A stretch of 64,000 nt of DNA from a virus (taxonomy: Duplodnaviria; Caudoviricetes): the IMG/VR virus record IMGVR_UViG_3300032007_001727; one strand, written 5' to 3'. Of this stretch, positions 18,512 through 27,800 are shown one piece after another. Position numbers and translations under genes: made by a program. The stretch's first letter is position 1; each line of letters begins with the position of its first letter. A model generated the notes under the pieces. That model saw only the letters and a list, made by a program, of their open reading frames with translations. It was not told where the DNA came from and made no database searches.

Positions 18512-19864
18512 TCAATATTTTGCAAACGTTCCTTCTTTTGAAGGTCTATTAACTTGTTGTCCCCTGCCTAGATTATATTTGGCTTTCATTTTCCCAAATG
18601 TTATTGGTATAATGTATTCAATTCCTAGGTTTTTTGCTTGCAAGCAAATATCAGAGAGTGTTGCTCCACCACTGATATTATCGTCAAAAATAACAAATAC
18701 CGTTCCTTTAATTTTTTCCATTTCTTGCTCAACAATTTCAGCATTGTCTGAAAACATATTCTTGAGACCCATTCTAGTATCATTACTAAGACTCTTGATT
18801 TGGAAATCCTCGACTTGAATTGCGTGAATAGGTATTTTAGTAACCCCGCTTCCACGGAAGTACGGCTTGACAATCCTCCAAATGTCTTCAGTTTTTCTAG
18901 CCTCAACTTGTGATTTGCTTCCCTTTAGCGTATTATATACTTTTGTCTTATGTATTCCTTTCAGACAATTATTCAAGTCCGTGAGTCTGTCATAGAGGTT
19001 TTTGTAAAACCTAGCCAATGCCTCACCAAATTTATCACCATAGTTCATCCTATTTACAGTATAGCATCTGTTTAACTGTGTGAAAGCCTTGTTATAGGCA
19101 TCAATATATGGTTTTGCGCTCTCTATCTTTGAGAAACGGTCAACAGTGTTGTCAACATATTTTTCGTGTGATATGTTATCGTCACTGTTGTAAAACATCT
19201 TGCCAGAATAATATTCTTTGTTTTTGTCAATAAAGTCTTTGTCTTTCTGAAGGTTTGTCATGTCTTTCTTGAACATGTCCTTATTGATGGCAATCACCTT
19301 CAACCCATTTACAGTTGTGTATTTTGCCATCTGCTTTGCAACCATGTCGTTAAAGTTACTGCTGCTAGGTACCGGCATTATTGACACACCGTTGAACTTT
19401 ACATCACCGAAATTACTCATTACATCAATGATGACTTTGTTTACCTTTGCATAGAATTGGTTGAAAAACTCTCTATATTCATCATCTTCCATGAAGAGTT
19501 CATAAGTTTCTTTCTTACCGTCACCGTCAAGGTCCAAGTCCATCTTTGCAAACTTGTTCTTGAAATAATGCATAATTTCAGTACCCCGGATACTTGTTAT
19601 ATTGTAGGATGTAATACCCCCTTTTAGTGGAACCTCGTAAGTATCAGAGTTATTTTGGTCCATTTTACTTGTATTGACTAATTCTTGCGCATTCAAAGAA
19701 CCTATGTTTCTAATGGTATCCGTTGATTTCCTTTTGTTATACGAAAGTTTAACCTTGTTCTTTCCTCTTTTTTCACTAGCAAACACATCTTCCTTGAGAC
19801 TCGTAATCTGTGATTCTTTCAAGTAAACCTTTTTGTTGTTGCCATTGTTAATATATAGTATCAT
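18512..19864 (-). CDS. Type I phosphoribosyltransferase-domain protein with N-terminal KKVYLKESQI tag
   Basis: IMPVPSSS and PRPP-binding loop VFVIFDDNISGGATLSDI. Confidence 0.65.
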   Translation of the reverse strand: MILYINNGNNKKVYLKESQITSLKEDVFASEKRGKNKVKLSYNKRKSTDTIRNIGSLNAQELVNTSKMDQNNSDTYEVPLKGGITSYNITSIRGTEIMHYFKNKFAKMDLDLDGDGKKETYELFMEDDEYREFFNQFYAKVNKVIIDVMSNFGDVKFNGVSIMPVPSSSNFNDMVAKQMAKYTTVNGLKVIAINKDMFKKDMTNLQKDKDFIDKNKEYYSGKMFYNSDDNISHEKYVDNTVDRFSKIESAKPYIDAYNKAFTQLNRCYTVNRMNYGDKFGEALARFYKNLYDRLTDLNNCLKGIHKTKVYNTLKGSKSQVEARKTEDIWRIVKPYFRGSGVTKIPIHAIQVEDFQIKSLSNDTRMGLKNMFSDNAEIVEQEMEKIKGTVFVIFDDNISGGATLSDICLQAKNLGIEYIIPITFGKMKAKYNLGRGQQVNRPSKEGTFAKY

Positions 19865-19873
19865 TGCCTAAAT

Positions 19874-20251
19874 TTAAAATTTAAGTTCTTTTATGGAATC
19901 CATGATGGCCATCCTTATTTTATTCTCATCCAATTCAAAATCATAGTCCTTATTATCTTTTTCACCGTTGAACATATAATAGTTTTCTTGTGGTGTGTAT
20001 TTTGTCTTTTTAAGTTTCGGTAAACTTTTCCTCATCTTAATATCTTCTTCACATCGTTTCAGTTTTTCAATATTTTGTGTTAAGGCGGTATAAACCGTTT
20101 TCTTGTATCCTCTCACGCCACCGAACGTATGTTTCTTATATCCTAGCCGCTTGGCTACGGTGTTAATCGCTTCCGGGCTAAATTCCAATCCCATGTCGGT
20201 TCTGAATTTAACCACCATATCTTGTGCCGTTAAAATATCATATTTTGCCAT
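19874..20251 (-). CDS. Hypothetical protein
   Basis: 125-aa ORF; minus-strand AATATTTAT at 20271-20279. Confidence 0.6.
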   Translation of the reverse strand: MAKYDILTAQDMVVKFRTDMGLEFSPEAINTVAKRLGYKKHTFGGVRGYKKTVYTALTQNIEKLKRCEEDIKMRKSLPKLKKTKYTPQENYYMFNGEKDNKDYDFELDENKIRMAIMDSIKELKF

Positions 20252-20313
20252 AGTATTTATATCTTTTTCAATAAATATTGATAATTTAACTTGTTTTTAA
20301 CATTTTTTTTATA

Positions 20314-20321
20314 TATTTTTG
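20314..20321 (+). promoter_or_regulatory. Bacteroidota sigma-A-type -7 element (TAnnTTTG) upstream of the DNA polymerase
   Basis: TATTTTTG; the same consensus occurs at 44505-44512 (+), 50297-50304 (-) and 56680-56687 (-), each before a non-structural gene. Confidence 0.5.
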
Positions 20322-20364
20322 CAAAAATAATTAAAATACAACTCAAATTCTTCTATTATAATAT

Positions 20365-22815
20365 ATGAAAAAAATAACGTCAGAGGTAGTGAATACGTTC
20401 TTGAACGGCCATGACCCGATGGAACATATTATATCAATAGAGTGCGGCTACGACGAGGATAAGGTAAATATCATCTATGTTAACGACAACGGTGAGAAGC
20501 GCATCAGACAAGATGACTTCAAACCGTTTATTTGGCTTAAGCACAGTGCCGCAATCAGAATGTTTAACGGTGATAGGGCCAAACTCAGAATGGCCCTAAG
20601 GCACTATGGCATATCTATCAGAAGTCTGATAACCTCCAATGAAGGTGAAGAACCCAATGAAAGACTCTTGAACGGGTACAAATACTTGTTCTACGCCACT
20701 AGGCGAATGAGTTACATGGAATTTCAGAGGTTTTTCTCCGAGGCGGGGGTACCCCTCAGTGAAAGGAACAAGAAGGACGCACCAAAGCAGCAGAACAAGG
20801 AGTTTATGATGGTCACGCCGGTTGAACAGTACATGATTCAGACCGGTCATCGACTTTTCAAGGGATACGACTCATACGACTCGCTTGTCCGTTTCATATT
20901 CGACTTGGAGACCCAAGGACTTAATCCTAGAATCCATAGGATAGAGCAGATTGGTATTCATACGAACAAGGGTTTCGACAAGATAATATCCATAGAGGGA
21001 AACTCAAAGGAAGAGTTGGACAAAGCAGAGTTGGAGGGAATAAAGGAATTTTTAAGAATATTGTCAGAAATAAAACCGGACACGGTTGTCGGCCATAACT
21101 CAGAGAATTTCGACTTTGACTTCCTAATTGTCCGGTGTGAAGAACTTGGCGTGGATTTCTCAGAACTCTCACTGTATTATTTCAGACACCCCATTTATAA
21201 GAAAAAGAAGGAGGCGGTATTGAAATTGGGAGGTGAGGTCGAGTATTATTTCCCCACAATCATATGGGGACACAACGTCTTGGACTCCCTTCATTCTGCA
21301 AGAAGGGCACAAGCCATTGACTCAAACATGAAGTCATCGAACTTGAAATACATTACGAAATATCTGAACCTAAAGAAACCGAACCGTGTATATGTCCCGG
21401 GTGATAAAATCACCTCCACTTGGGCCGTCCGAGGAAAAGAATATGCATTTAACGATGAAGACGGTGATTGGTACAAGGTAACGGACACCAAGCCGTTGAA
21501 GGACGGGTATGAGTTGGTGAGCGGAAGATACATAGTTGAAAGGTACTTGTTGGATGACCTTTGGGAGACCGACAAGGTGGAAGAACGCCTTAACGAGTCA
21601 AACTTTCTTGTCGGCAAGATGCTTCCGACAACATTCTCAAGGGCTTGCACCATGGGAACCGCAGGAATTTGGAAACTCATAATGCTTGCTTGGTGCTATG
21701 AGAACAACTTGGCAATACCGGCATCCGCTCCGAACAGAAGGTTTGTCGGTGGGTTATCCCGTCTATTGAAGACCGGCTACGTTGACCGCATAGTCAAGTT
21801 GGACTACAACTCACTCTATCCTTCCGTAATCTTGACTTGGAATATCTCCACCCCCATTGACGTAATGAACGTCATGCTGTCTTTCTTGGAATATATCTTG
21901 ACACAACGCGAGAAATACAAGGAACTTAAGGCAGAGGCCGGAGAAAAGGCAGACGAACTCAATGACATTCTCTCAAATACCGTAAGCGAGGAAGAGATTA
22001 TAAGACTAAAGGAAGAGATTTCCCATTGGAAAGCAGAAAAAAGCGGCAATGATAAAAAACAATTACCCCTCAAGATACTAGCGAATTCATTTTTCGGAGG
22101 CTACGGTTCTCCTAGTGTTTTCCCGTTCGGGGACATAGTTGCGGCAGAGAAGACAACTTGTGTCAGCAGAATGGCCTTAAGGCTGATGATTTCACACTTC
22201 AAGTCCATAGGGTATGAGCCTATAGTGGGTGACTCATTCACAAGTGACACACCTCTCTTCGTAAAATATGACAGCACGGACGAAATAGACATAAAGCCGA
22301 TTTCGGAACTGTTCGAGAGGACGGAGACAGACGCTCTAGGAAGGGAGTACGACACCTCTAGAAAGGATTATTCCGTACTTTGCAGAAGCGGTTGGGTTCA
22401 CCCCAACTATCTATACCGCCATAAGACAGACAAGCCCTTGTACACGGTTTCAGAGGGTGACATGGAGATAACGGTCACGGAGGACCACAGCCTCTTCAAT
22501 GGCGAAGGTAAGGAGATAAAGCCAAGCGAGGTATGCAATGACACCATACTAGAGTATTACACCAAGGAAATCAAGTGTGCGGGCATAAAGTACGAGTGGA
22601 TGACCGAAGAAAGGGCAAGACTCTTCGGGAAAATGGTCAACGTGGGCGTGGCCGACCGTGTTGGAATGGCACTCCTCAACACCTCAGACATGGCGTGTGT
22701 TGAAGCCTTCTTGGACGAAGTAGAGAATCTAGACCGCCCAATCTCAAAGACTTGCCAAGCGGGCATACTGTATCTAAAAAACAAGGTAAAACATGGGAAA
22801 AAAGATAACGTTTAA
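20365..22815 (+). CDS. polB: DNA polymerase family B, N-terminal part, fused to split intein IntN
   Basis: ExoI FDLETQG, ExoII GHNSENFDF, ExoIII YLLDD, motif A LDYNSLYPS, motif B KILANSFFG; extein ends at ...EPIVGD, then intein S-FTSDTP. Confidence 0.92.
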   Translation: MKKITSEVVNTFLNGHDPMEHIISIECGYDEDKVNIIYVNDNGEKRIRQDDFKPFIWLKHSAAIRMFNGDRAKLRMALRHYGISIRSLITSNEGEEPNERLLNGYKYLFYATRRMSYMEFQRFFSEAGVPLSERNKKDAPKQQNKEFMMVTPVEQYMIQTGHRLFKGYDSYDSLVRFIFDLETQGLNPRIHRIEQIGIHTNKGFDKIISIEGNSKEELDKAELEGIKEFLRILSEIKPDTVVGHNSENFDFDFLIVRCEELGVDFSELSLYYFRHPIYKKKKEAVLKLGGEVEYYFPTIIWGHNVLDSLHSARRAQAIDSNMKSSNLKYITKYLNLKKPNRVYVPGDKITSTWAVRGKEYAFNDEDGDWYKVTDTKPLKDGYELVSGRYIVERYLLDDLWETDKVEERLNESNFLVGKMLPTTFSRACTMGTAGIWKLIMLAWCYENNLAIPASAPNRRFVGGLSRLLKTGYVDRIVKLDYNSLYPSVILTWNISTPIDVMNVMLSFLEYILTQREKYKELKAEAGEKADELNDILSNTVSEEEIIRLKEEISHWKAEKSGNDKKQLPLKILANSFFGGYGSPSVFPFGDIVAAEKTTCVSRMALRLMISHFKSIGYEPIVGDSFTSDTPLFVKYDSTDEIDIKPISELFERTETDALGREYDTSRKDYSVLCRSGWVHPNYLYRHKTDKPLYTVSEGDMEITVTEDHSLFNGEGKEIKPSEVCNDTILEYYTKEIKCAGIKYEWMTEERARLFGKMVNVGVADRVGMALLNTSDMACVEAFLDEVENLDRPISKTCQAGILYLKNKVKHGKKDNV
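22234..22812 (+). other. Split intein N-fragment (193 aa, Ser1)
   Basis: Block A SFTSDTPLFVK, block B TVTEDHSLF, inserted within the motif C GD|TD. Confidence 0.85.
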
Positions 22816-24424
22816 TGAATTTGTGGATAGGTCAAATGAAATACATAATTCAAAATACGCCTACCATGAAGACTCATATACCAATACACGTAATAAGACT
22901 AGGATAACTTGTCCAATTCACGGTGATTTCTATCAAACACCTAAGAATCATATGAATGGACAAGGTTGTCCTCAATGTGGAAAGGAAGTTGCTAGGATAT
23001 ATCATAAACATAATTATGAACCATTTATTAGGGCTGCAAAAGAAAGGTTTGGTGATGATTTTTCGTTCCCAAACATAGAAAGACAATATGTTAATAATAA
23101 AACTTATATTACGGTTAGATGCAATAAATGTGGATACGAATTCTCTAGACGGCCCAATGACTTGTTAAGTGATAAGTTTAATGAGTGTAAGAATTGCAAA
23201 CACATAGAAAAATTGGAAAATAGGAATAAATTAAAAATAAAGAAAACAAATAAAAGACATTCAGTAGGGAAAGAAGAATATATTAAGCGCTTCAGAGAAA
23301 AGTTCGGGGACAGCATTACTCCGTTTATGGACGAATACAAAAACACCCAAAGCGAAATACATTTCAAGTGCAACCAATGTGGGTACATCTTTAAGAGAAG
23401 ACCGCATAATTGCTTAGATAGTGACGGGTGTCCAAAATGTAAAAGAGTCAATAACCAAAAATATACCAATGACATTTTCATAGAGAAAGCAAGGGAAATT
23501 CATGGTGATAAATATGACTATTCAAAGGTAAATTATGTTAATAGTGATACTAAAGTGTGTGTAATTTGTCACGAAAAGGATAAATTTGGTGATGAACACG
23601 GTGAATTTTATGTTACACCGCATTCACATATTGGTAGTATGAGAAGTGGGTGTCCAAAATGCAGTGGAAAATTCAGAAAAGATACGGAATATTTCATAAA
23701 GGAGGCGAAATTGGTACATGGTGACAAGTATATATACGATGAGACCGAATATGTTTCTGCATTGAAAAATATTAAGGTTATATGTCCAACGCATGGTCCG
23801 TTTTCAATCAAACCGAATGACCATTTAAACGGTAAGGGCTGCAAGAAATGCGGGTATGAGACGGTCAGTGACAAATTAAGTATTAGTTTTGATGAGTTTA
23901 TCGAGCGGGCCACAGTAATACATAATAATAAATATGATTATTCGAAGGTAGACCTTAAAAATAGAGGCGAAAATGGCCGAATTTGCATTATTTGTCCCAT
24001 TCATGGTGAATTTTGGCAGTCATTGGGAGGTCATTTACGTGGTAATGGGTGTCCAAAATGCAAACAATCGCATTTGGAGAATGAAATTATGCGTTTCTTG
24101 GATGAAAAATCCATCAAATATGAGCCGCAGAAGCGATTTAGGTGGCTTGGAGGGCGTAAGAGTGTTGATTTTTTCCTACCGGACTATAATATTGCCATAG
24201 AATGCCAAGGAATTCAGCATTTTGAGGACACTTTCTTCGGTAAGGCTGAAGAAAAGATGAAAAATGACCTTTTAAAGAGAGAAATTTGTGAAAAAAATGG
24301 TATAAAAGTCTTGTACTACAGCAACTTAGGGATTGAGTACCCATACAGCGTCTTTGAAGACAAGGATTTGCTGCTGCAAGAGGTTTTTAAGTCTGATTTG
24401 ATTAAAATTTGTGAAGATGGATAA
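22793..24424 (+). CDS. Free-standing endonuclease (6 Zn-ribbon repeats plus PD-(D/E)XK/Vsr-like domain) between the intein halves
   Basis: VDFFLPDYNIAIECQGIQH; overlaps both polymerase half-genes. Confidence 0.85.
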   Translation: MGKKITFNEFVDRSNEIHNSKYAYHEDSYTNTRNKTRITCPIHGDFYQTPKNHMNGQGCPQCGKEVARIYHKHNYEPFIRAAKERFGDDFSFPNIERQYVNNKTYITVRCNKCGYEFSRRPNDLLSDKFNECKNCKHIEKLENRNKLKIKKTNKRHSVGKEEYIKRFREKFGDSITPFMDEYKNTQSEIHFKCNQCGYIFKRRPHNCLDSDGCPKCKRVNNQKYTNDIFIEKAREIHGDKYDYSKVNYVNSDTKVCVICHEKDKFGDEHGEFYVTPHSHIGSMRSGCPKCSGKFRKDTEYFIKEAKLVHGDKYIYDETEYVSALKNIKVICPTHGPFSIKPNDHLNGKGCKKCGYETVSDKLSISFDEFIERATVIHNNKYDYSKVDLKNRGENGRICIICPIHGEFWQSLGGHLRGNGCPKCKQSHLENEIMRFLDEKSIKYEPQKRFRWLGGRKSVDFFLPDYNIAIECQGIQHFEDTFFGKAEEKMKNDLLKREICEKNGIKVLYYSNLGIEYPYSVFEDKDLLLQEVFKSDLIKICEDG

Positions 24425-25979
24425 GATTACTGCTAGAAATGTTGGGGCAACGGACGATTATGTGTATGACATTAGTCTTGATGGCTCCGTTGTTAATGCC
24501 CTTGGGTTGAACATCGCCTCAAACACTGACGGTTTTAACTTTCAGATGCCAAAGGATGAGGATTTCCGCTACACGGACGAGCATCCGTACGTTAGCACCG
24601 GAGAAGGGCGAAATTCTGTGAAAGGAAAGGCTTACACGAAGGTTGATGCCGACGTTGCCGAGTTCGAGGACTTGTTCCTCAACAAGTCTTATAACGGTGG
24701 CGTGAACAAAATGGGTTTGGGAATAGATGAGTATTGTGACGCTTGCATTCAATTCGCTCGAAAGAACTATGCGGATTTAATGGCGGGCACCGGAAAAACT
24801 AAAAAGGTGGGTAATACGATTAAATCTAGGAAGATGAGTGGTTATCTTGAAAAGTTTATTGATAGTGGCATTGACTTGTTGTTAAGGGGTAACGGGTATG
24901 AGTTCTTGTTGAACTATTATGACTACATTGAGAAGATATATAACTATCAGATTCCGATTAAGGATATTGCCTCAAAGGGAAACATCAAGAAAAGCATCAA
25001 GGATTACATGGATGACTGTAAGACACTTACCAAGGCAGGGTCCAAGAAGGCAAGGCAAGCGTGGTATGAGTTGGTTATAAAGGAAGGTATAAACGTGAAC
25101 GTAAGCGACACCATATATTATATAAATACCGGTACAAGGAAGGGTCACCCCGACGTTAAGCGCGTTACGCACTACTTCTATTTCTTGGACGGGGAGAAGA
25201 AGGAAATCACAAAGGAAGTGGAGAAGTTGTATAAGACTTATTATAAGGAGTGTGGAGAACACGGGGTCGTGGCAAGGAAGAACCGGTTGGACGTTGCTAG
25301 GGAGAATTTCGGCGAAGGTGCGTTTGACGAGGATGAAATCATCTTAATGTGCAAATTGGTGCCCAACGAGATTCTTGACAAGGAGGAAGACGTGCTTTGC
25401 AGCGAGTATGAGGGCCTAGAGTATAACGTTGAGAGATACATTGATATGTTCAACAAGCGCATAACCCCGCTTTTGGTGTGTTTTCATCCGGATATCCGTG
25501 GAAAGATACTCATAACCAACCCAAAGGACAAGTTATTCTTCACTGAGGAAGAGGCTAGGTTGGTATGTGGTTATCCAAATAAGGAGGGCGACCAAGATAC
25601 GTATGAGGCACTGATGACACCGGAAAGAAAAGAGGTTGAATATTGGGTCTCAATAAATGAAGAGCCTCCGTTTGTGAAGGAGTGCGGGATTGATTGGGAT
25701 TCCATCGTTTCAGAGTATCACAAGACGGTTGAGGATGAAAACAACGAATTGTTCAAGAACGAGAATGAGAAATATTTGGAGGCGTTGTCAAAGATAACCG
25801 ATGATGAAATTGAAGAATTCGAGAACGACGGAAAGATACCGCAAGAGATTTCATCGCTTGTGACGCTTGGGTCTGACATGAGGTTCCGGTTCAAGAAAAT
25901 TCCGGAGAAGACACCGTCAACCGGCGGGTTTATCTTCGATGACCTCACGAAGAATCTTGTTGAACAATTTGAAGAATAA
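24417..25979 (+). CDS. polB: Split intein IntC (36 aa) fused to DNA polymerase family B, C-terminal part
   Basis: MDKITA...YVYDISLDG...GLNIASN|TDGFNF; continues with RKNYA and IKSRKM polB thumb motifs; splice junction at 24524/24525. Confidence 0.88.
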   Translation: MDKITARNVGATDDYVYDISLDGSVVNALGLNIASNTDGFNFQMPKDEDFRYTDEHPYVSTGEGRNSVKGKAYTKVDADVAEFEDLFLNKSYNGGVNKMGLGIDEYCDACIQFARKNYADLMAGTGKTKKVGNTIKSRKMSGYLEKFIDSGIDLLLRGNGYEFLLNYYDYIEKIYNYQIPIKDIASKGNIKKSIKDYMDDCKTLTKAGSKKARQAWYELVIKEGINVNVSDTIYYINTGTRKGHPDVKRVTHYFYFLDGEKKEITKEVEKLYKTYYKECGEHGVVARKNRLDVARENFGEGAFDEDEIILMCKLVPNEILDKEEDVLCSEYEGLEYNVERYIDMFNKRITPLLVCFHPDIRGKILITNPKDKLFFTEEEARLVCGYPNKEGDQDTYEALMTPERKEVEYWVSINEEPPFVKECGIDWDSIVSEYHKTVEDENNELFKNENEKYLEALSKITDDEIEEFENDGKIPQEISSLVTLGSDMRFRFKKIPEKTPSTGGFIFDDLTKNLVEQFEE

Positions 25980-25988
25980 GGAAAAAAG

Positions 25989-26023
25989 AAAGGTGACTAT
26001 TTAAATTGATAGTCACCTTTTTT
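25989..26023. terminator. Bidirectional terminator (AAAGGTGAC family)
   Basis: AAAGGTGACTAT...ATAGTCACCTTTTTT between convergent genes. Confidence 0.75.
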
Positions 26024-26034
26024 ATTGTTAAGTA

Positions 26035-27588
26035 TTATTGTTCAACCTTTGTCCAATTATACTTACCCAAGTAATAATCACCCGTTCCCATCCAAACATC
26101 ATAGCCGCTGCTACCGGTTGGAACTGTCAGAGTACCACCGGCCTTAATATTATAAAAAGTAAAATTTTGTATTGTTGGTGCAGTTACCGCAAGTGAGGTT
26201 ATTGCCGATAAACTAGAACAACTATTGAAAGCATTCTGACCAATGCTTGTAACACCACTTGGAATGTTTATACTTGATAAACTAGAACACATATAGAAAG
26301 CATAGGTACCCATACTTGTAACACCACTTGGTATTGTTATACTTGATAAACTAGTACAACTTTGGAAAGCGCTATTACCAATGCTTGTAACACTGTCCGG
26401 AATTGTTACGCTTGTTAAACTATGACAACTAGAGAAAGCATTAGCACCAATGGTTGTAATATCATTTGGTATAACAGTTGTCTTACAACCACCAACTAAA
26501 GTGTTTGTGTTTGTTTCAATAATTGCATTGCAATTGTTTCTTGAGTCATAGGTCGTGTTTGCAGCATCAACTGTTATGCTTGTTAAATTATAACAACCAC
26601 TGAGAATACCATTACCAATACTTGTAACACCACTTGGTATTGTTATACTTGATAAACTAGAACAACTATTGAAAGCACTACCACCAATGCTTGTAACACT
26701 GTCCGGAATTGTTACGCTTGTTAAGCCGGAACAACCATTGAAAGCGTTGGTACCAATACTTGTAACACTATCCGGAATTGTTACACTTGTTAAACCGGAA
26801 CATTGATAAAATGCATAATTACCAATACTTGTGATGTTATCTCCAATTATATATTCTTTCACTTGGGTACCAAAATAAGTTTTAATACTTGCAGAATACG
26901 AATAATTCTTTGAAACAATAGAATTACTATTGATTGTAACACTTGTTAAATGATAGCAATCAAAGAAAACATTGTCACCAATGTATGTGACACCACTTCC
27001 AATGGTAAAATCTGTCATACCATCACATGCGCGAAAAGCATATTGGCTAATACCGGTAACGCTGTCCGGAATTGTCATACTTGTTAAAGCCCAACATTGA
27101 TAGAAAGCATAATTACTAACGTTTGTAACACCACTACCAAGCGTACAAGTTTTCATCTGACTACATTCACTAAAAACATAACTACCAATTCTTGTAACAC
27201 TGTCCGGGATTACTAACTCCCTTATAGCGCATCCGAGGAAAGCGTAATCACCAATCCTTGTAACGCCGTCCGGAATTGTTACACTTGTTAAACTAGTACA
27301 GGCGCTGAAAGCCCTATTGCCAATGCTTGTACAAAGTGTACCGATTTCAGCACCGACACAAGTTGATTTGTATGAACTTGTCATTGCACTTGTAAGTTCT
27401 CCACTGCCCTCAATATCAACAACTTCACCGTTCTTAAGTGTTAACTTACAGAAGAATGGGGGGGGGGGAGCAGGGTTATAATACACATCACCCTCAGCAA
27501 CGCAAAGTGATACATTTGGCTTTGGATAGTCCGTGGCAACATACGCTGTATAATCAGCATGTGTTGCAAATTCTTTAACGTACTTCAT
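26035..27588 (-). CDS. BspA-type leucine-rich-repeat (LRR_5) protein; poly-C tract in frame
   Basis: Many 23-aa LTSVTIPDSVTSIGxxAFxxC repeats; C11 tract (G11 at 27458-27468 on +) encodes PPPP. Confidence 0.88.
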   Translation of the reverse strand: MKYVKEFATHADYTAYVATDYPKPNVSLCVAEGDVYYNPAPPPPFFCKLTLKNGEVVDIEGSGELTSAMTSSYKSTCVGAEIGTLCTSIGNRAFSACTSLTSVTIPDGVTRIGDYAFLGCAIRELVIPDSVTRIGSYVFSECSQMKTCTLGSGVTNVSNYAFYQCWALTSMTIPDSVTGISQYAFRACDGMTDFTIGSGVTYIGDNVFFDCYHLTSVTINSNSIVSKNYSYSASIKTYFGTQVKEYIIGDNITSIGNYAFYQCSGLTSVTIPDSVTSIGTNAFNGCSGLTSVTIPDSVTSIGGSAFNSCSSLSSITIPSGVTSIGNGILSGCYNLTSITVDAANTTYDSRNNCNAIIETNTNTLVGGCKTTVIPNDITTIGANAFSSCHSLTSVTIPDSVTSIGNSAFQSCTSLSSITIPSGVTSMGTYAFYMCSSLSSINIPSGVTSIGQNAFNSCSSLSAITSLAVTAPTIQNFTFYNIKAGGTLTVPTGSSGYDVWMGTGDYYLGKYNWTKVEQ

Positions 27589-27800
27589 AATTAATTAATA
27601 AAGATTTAAATTAAGTTATTTATTTCTCTTTATAAATACAGTTTACTTGTTTAAAATCTCGCATAAAAAAAAATAAATTTTATTTTTGTGTAGTTTTGCT
27701 CCGTATAAAATATTTATTGGTAATTATGGTGGAAAAATATAAACATATTAGACCATTGCTTCCTAAGAAAATTAAGTAATTACTAATTTAAAATAAAATT

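Noticed and set aside
19855-19868. TATCATTGCC match to the TIR end
   Set aside because: Only 10 bp, coincides with a start codon, and has no partner or TSD; likely chance.
22793-24424. Group I intron interrupting polB
   Set aside because: The nuclease ORF overlaps both halves, leaving no room for a ribozyme core; the intein motifs explain the split.
26200-27330. Regularly spaced DNA repeats resembling a CRISPR array
   Set aside because: They are 69-bp in-frame LRR coding units with no unique spacers, and no cas genes are present.
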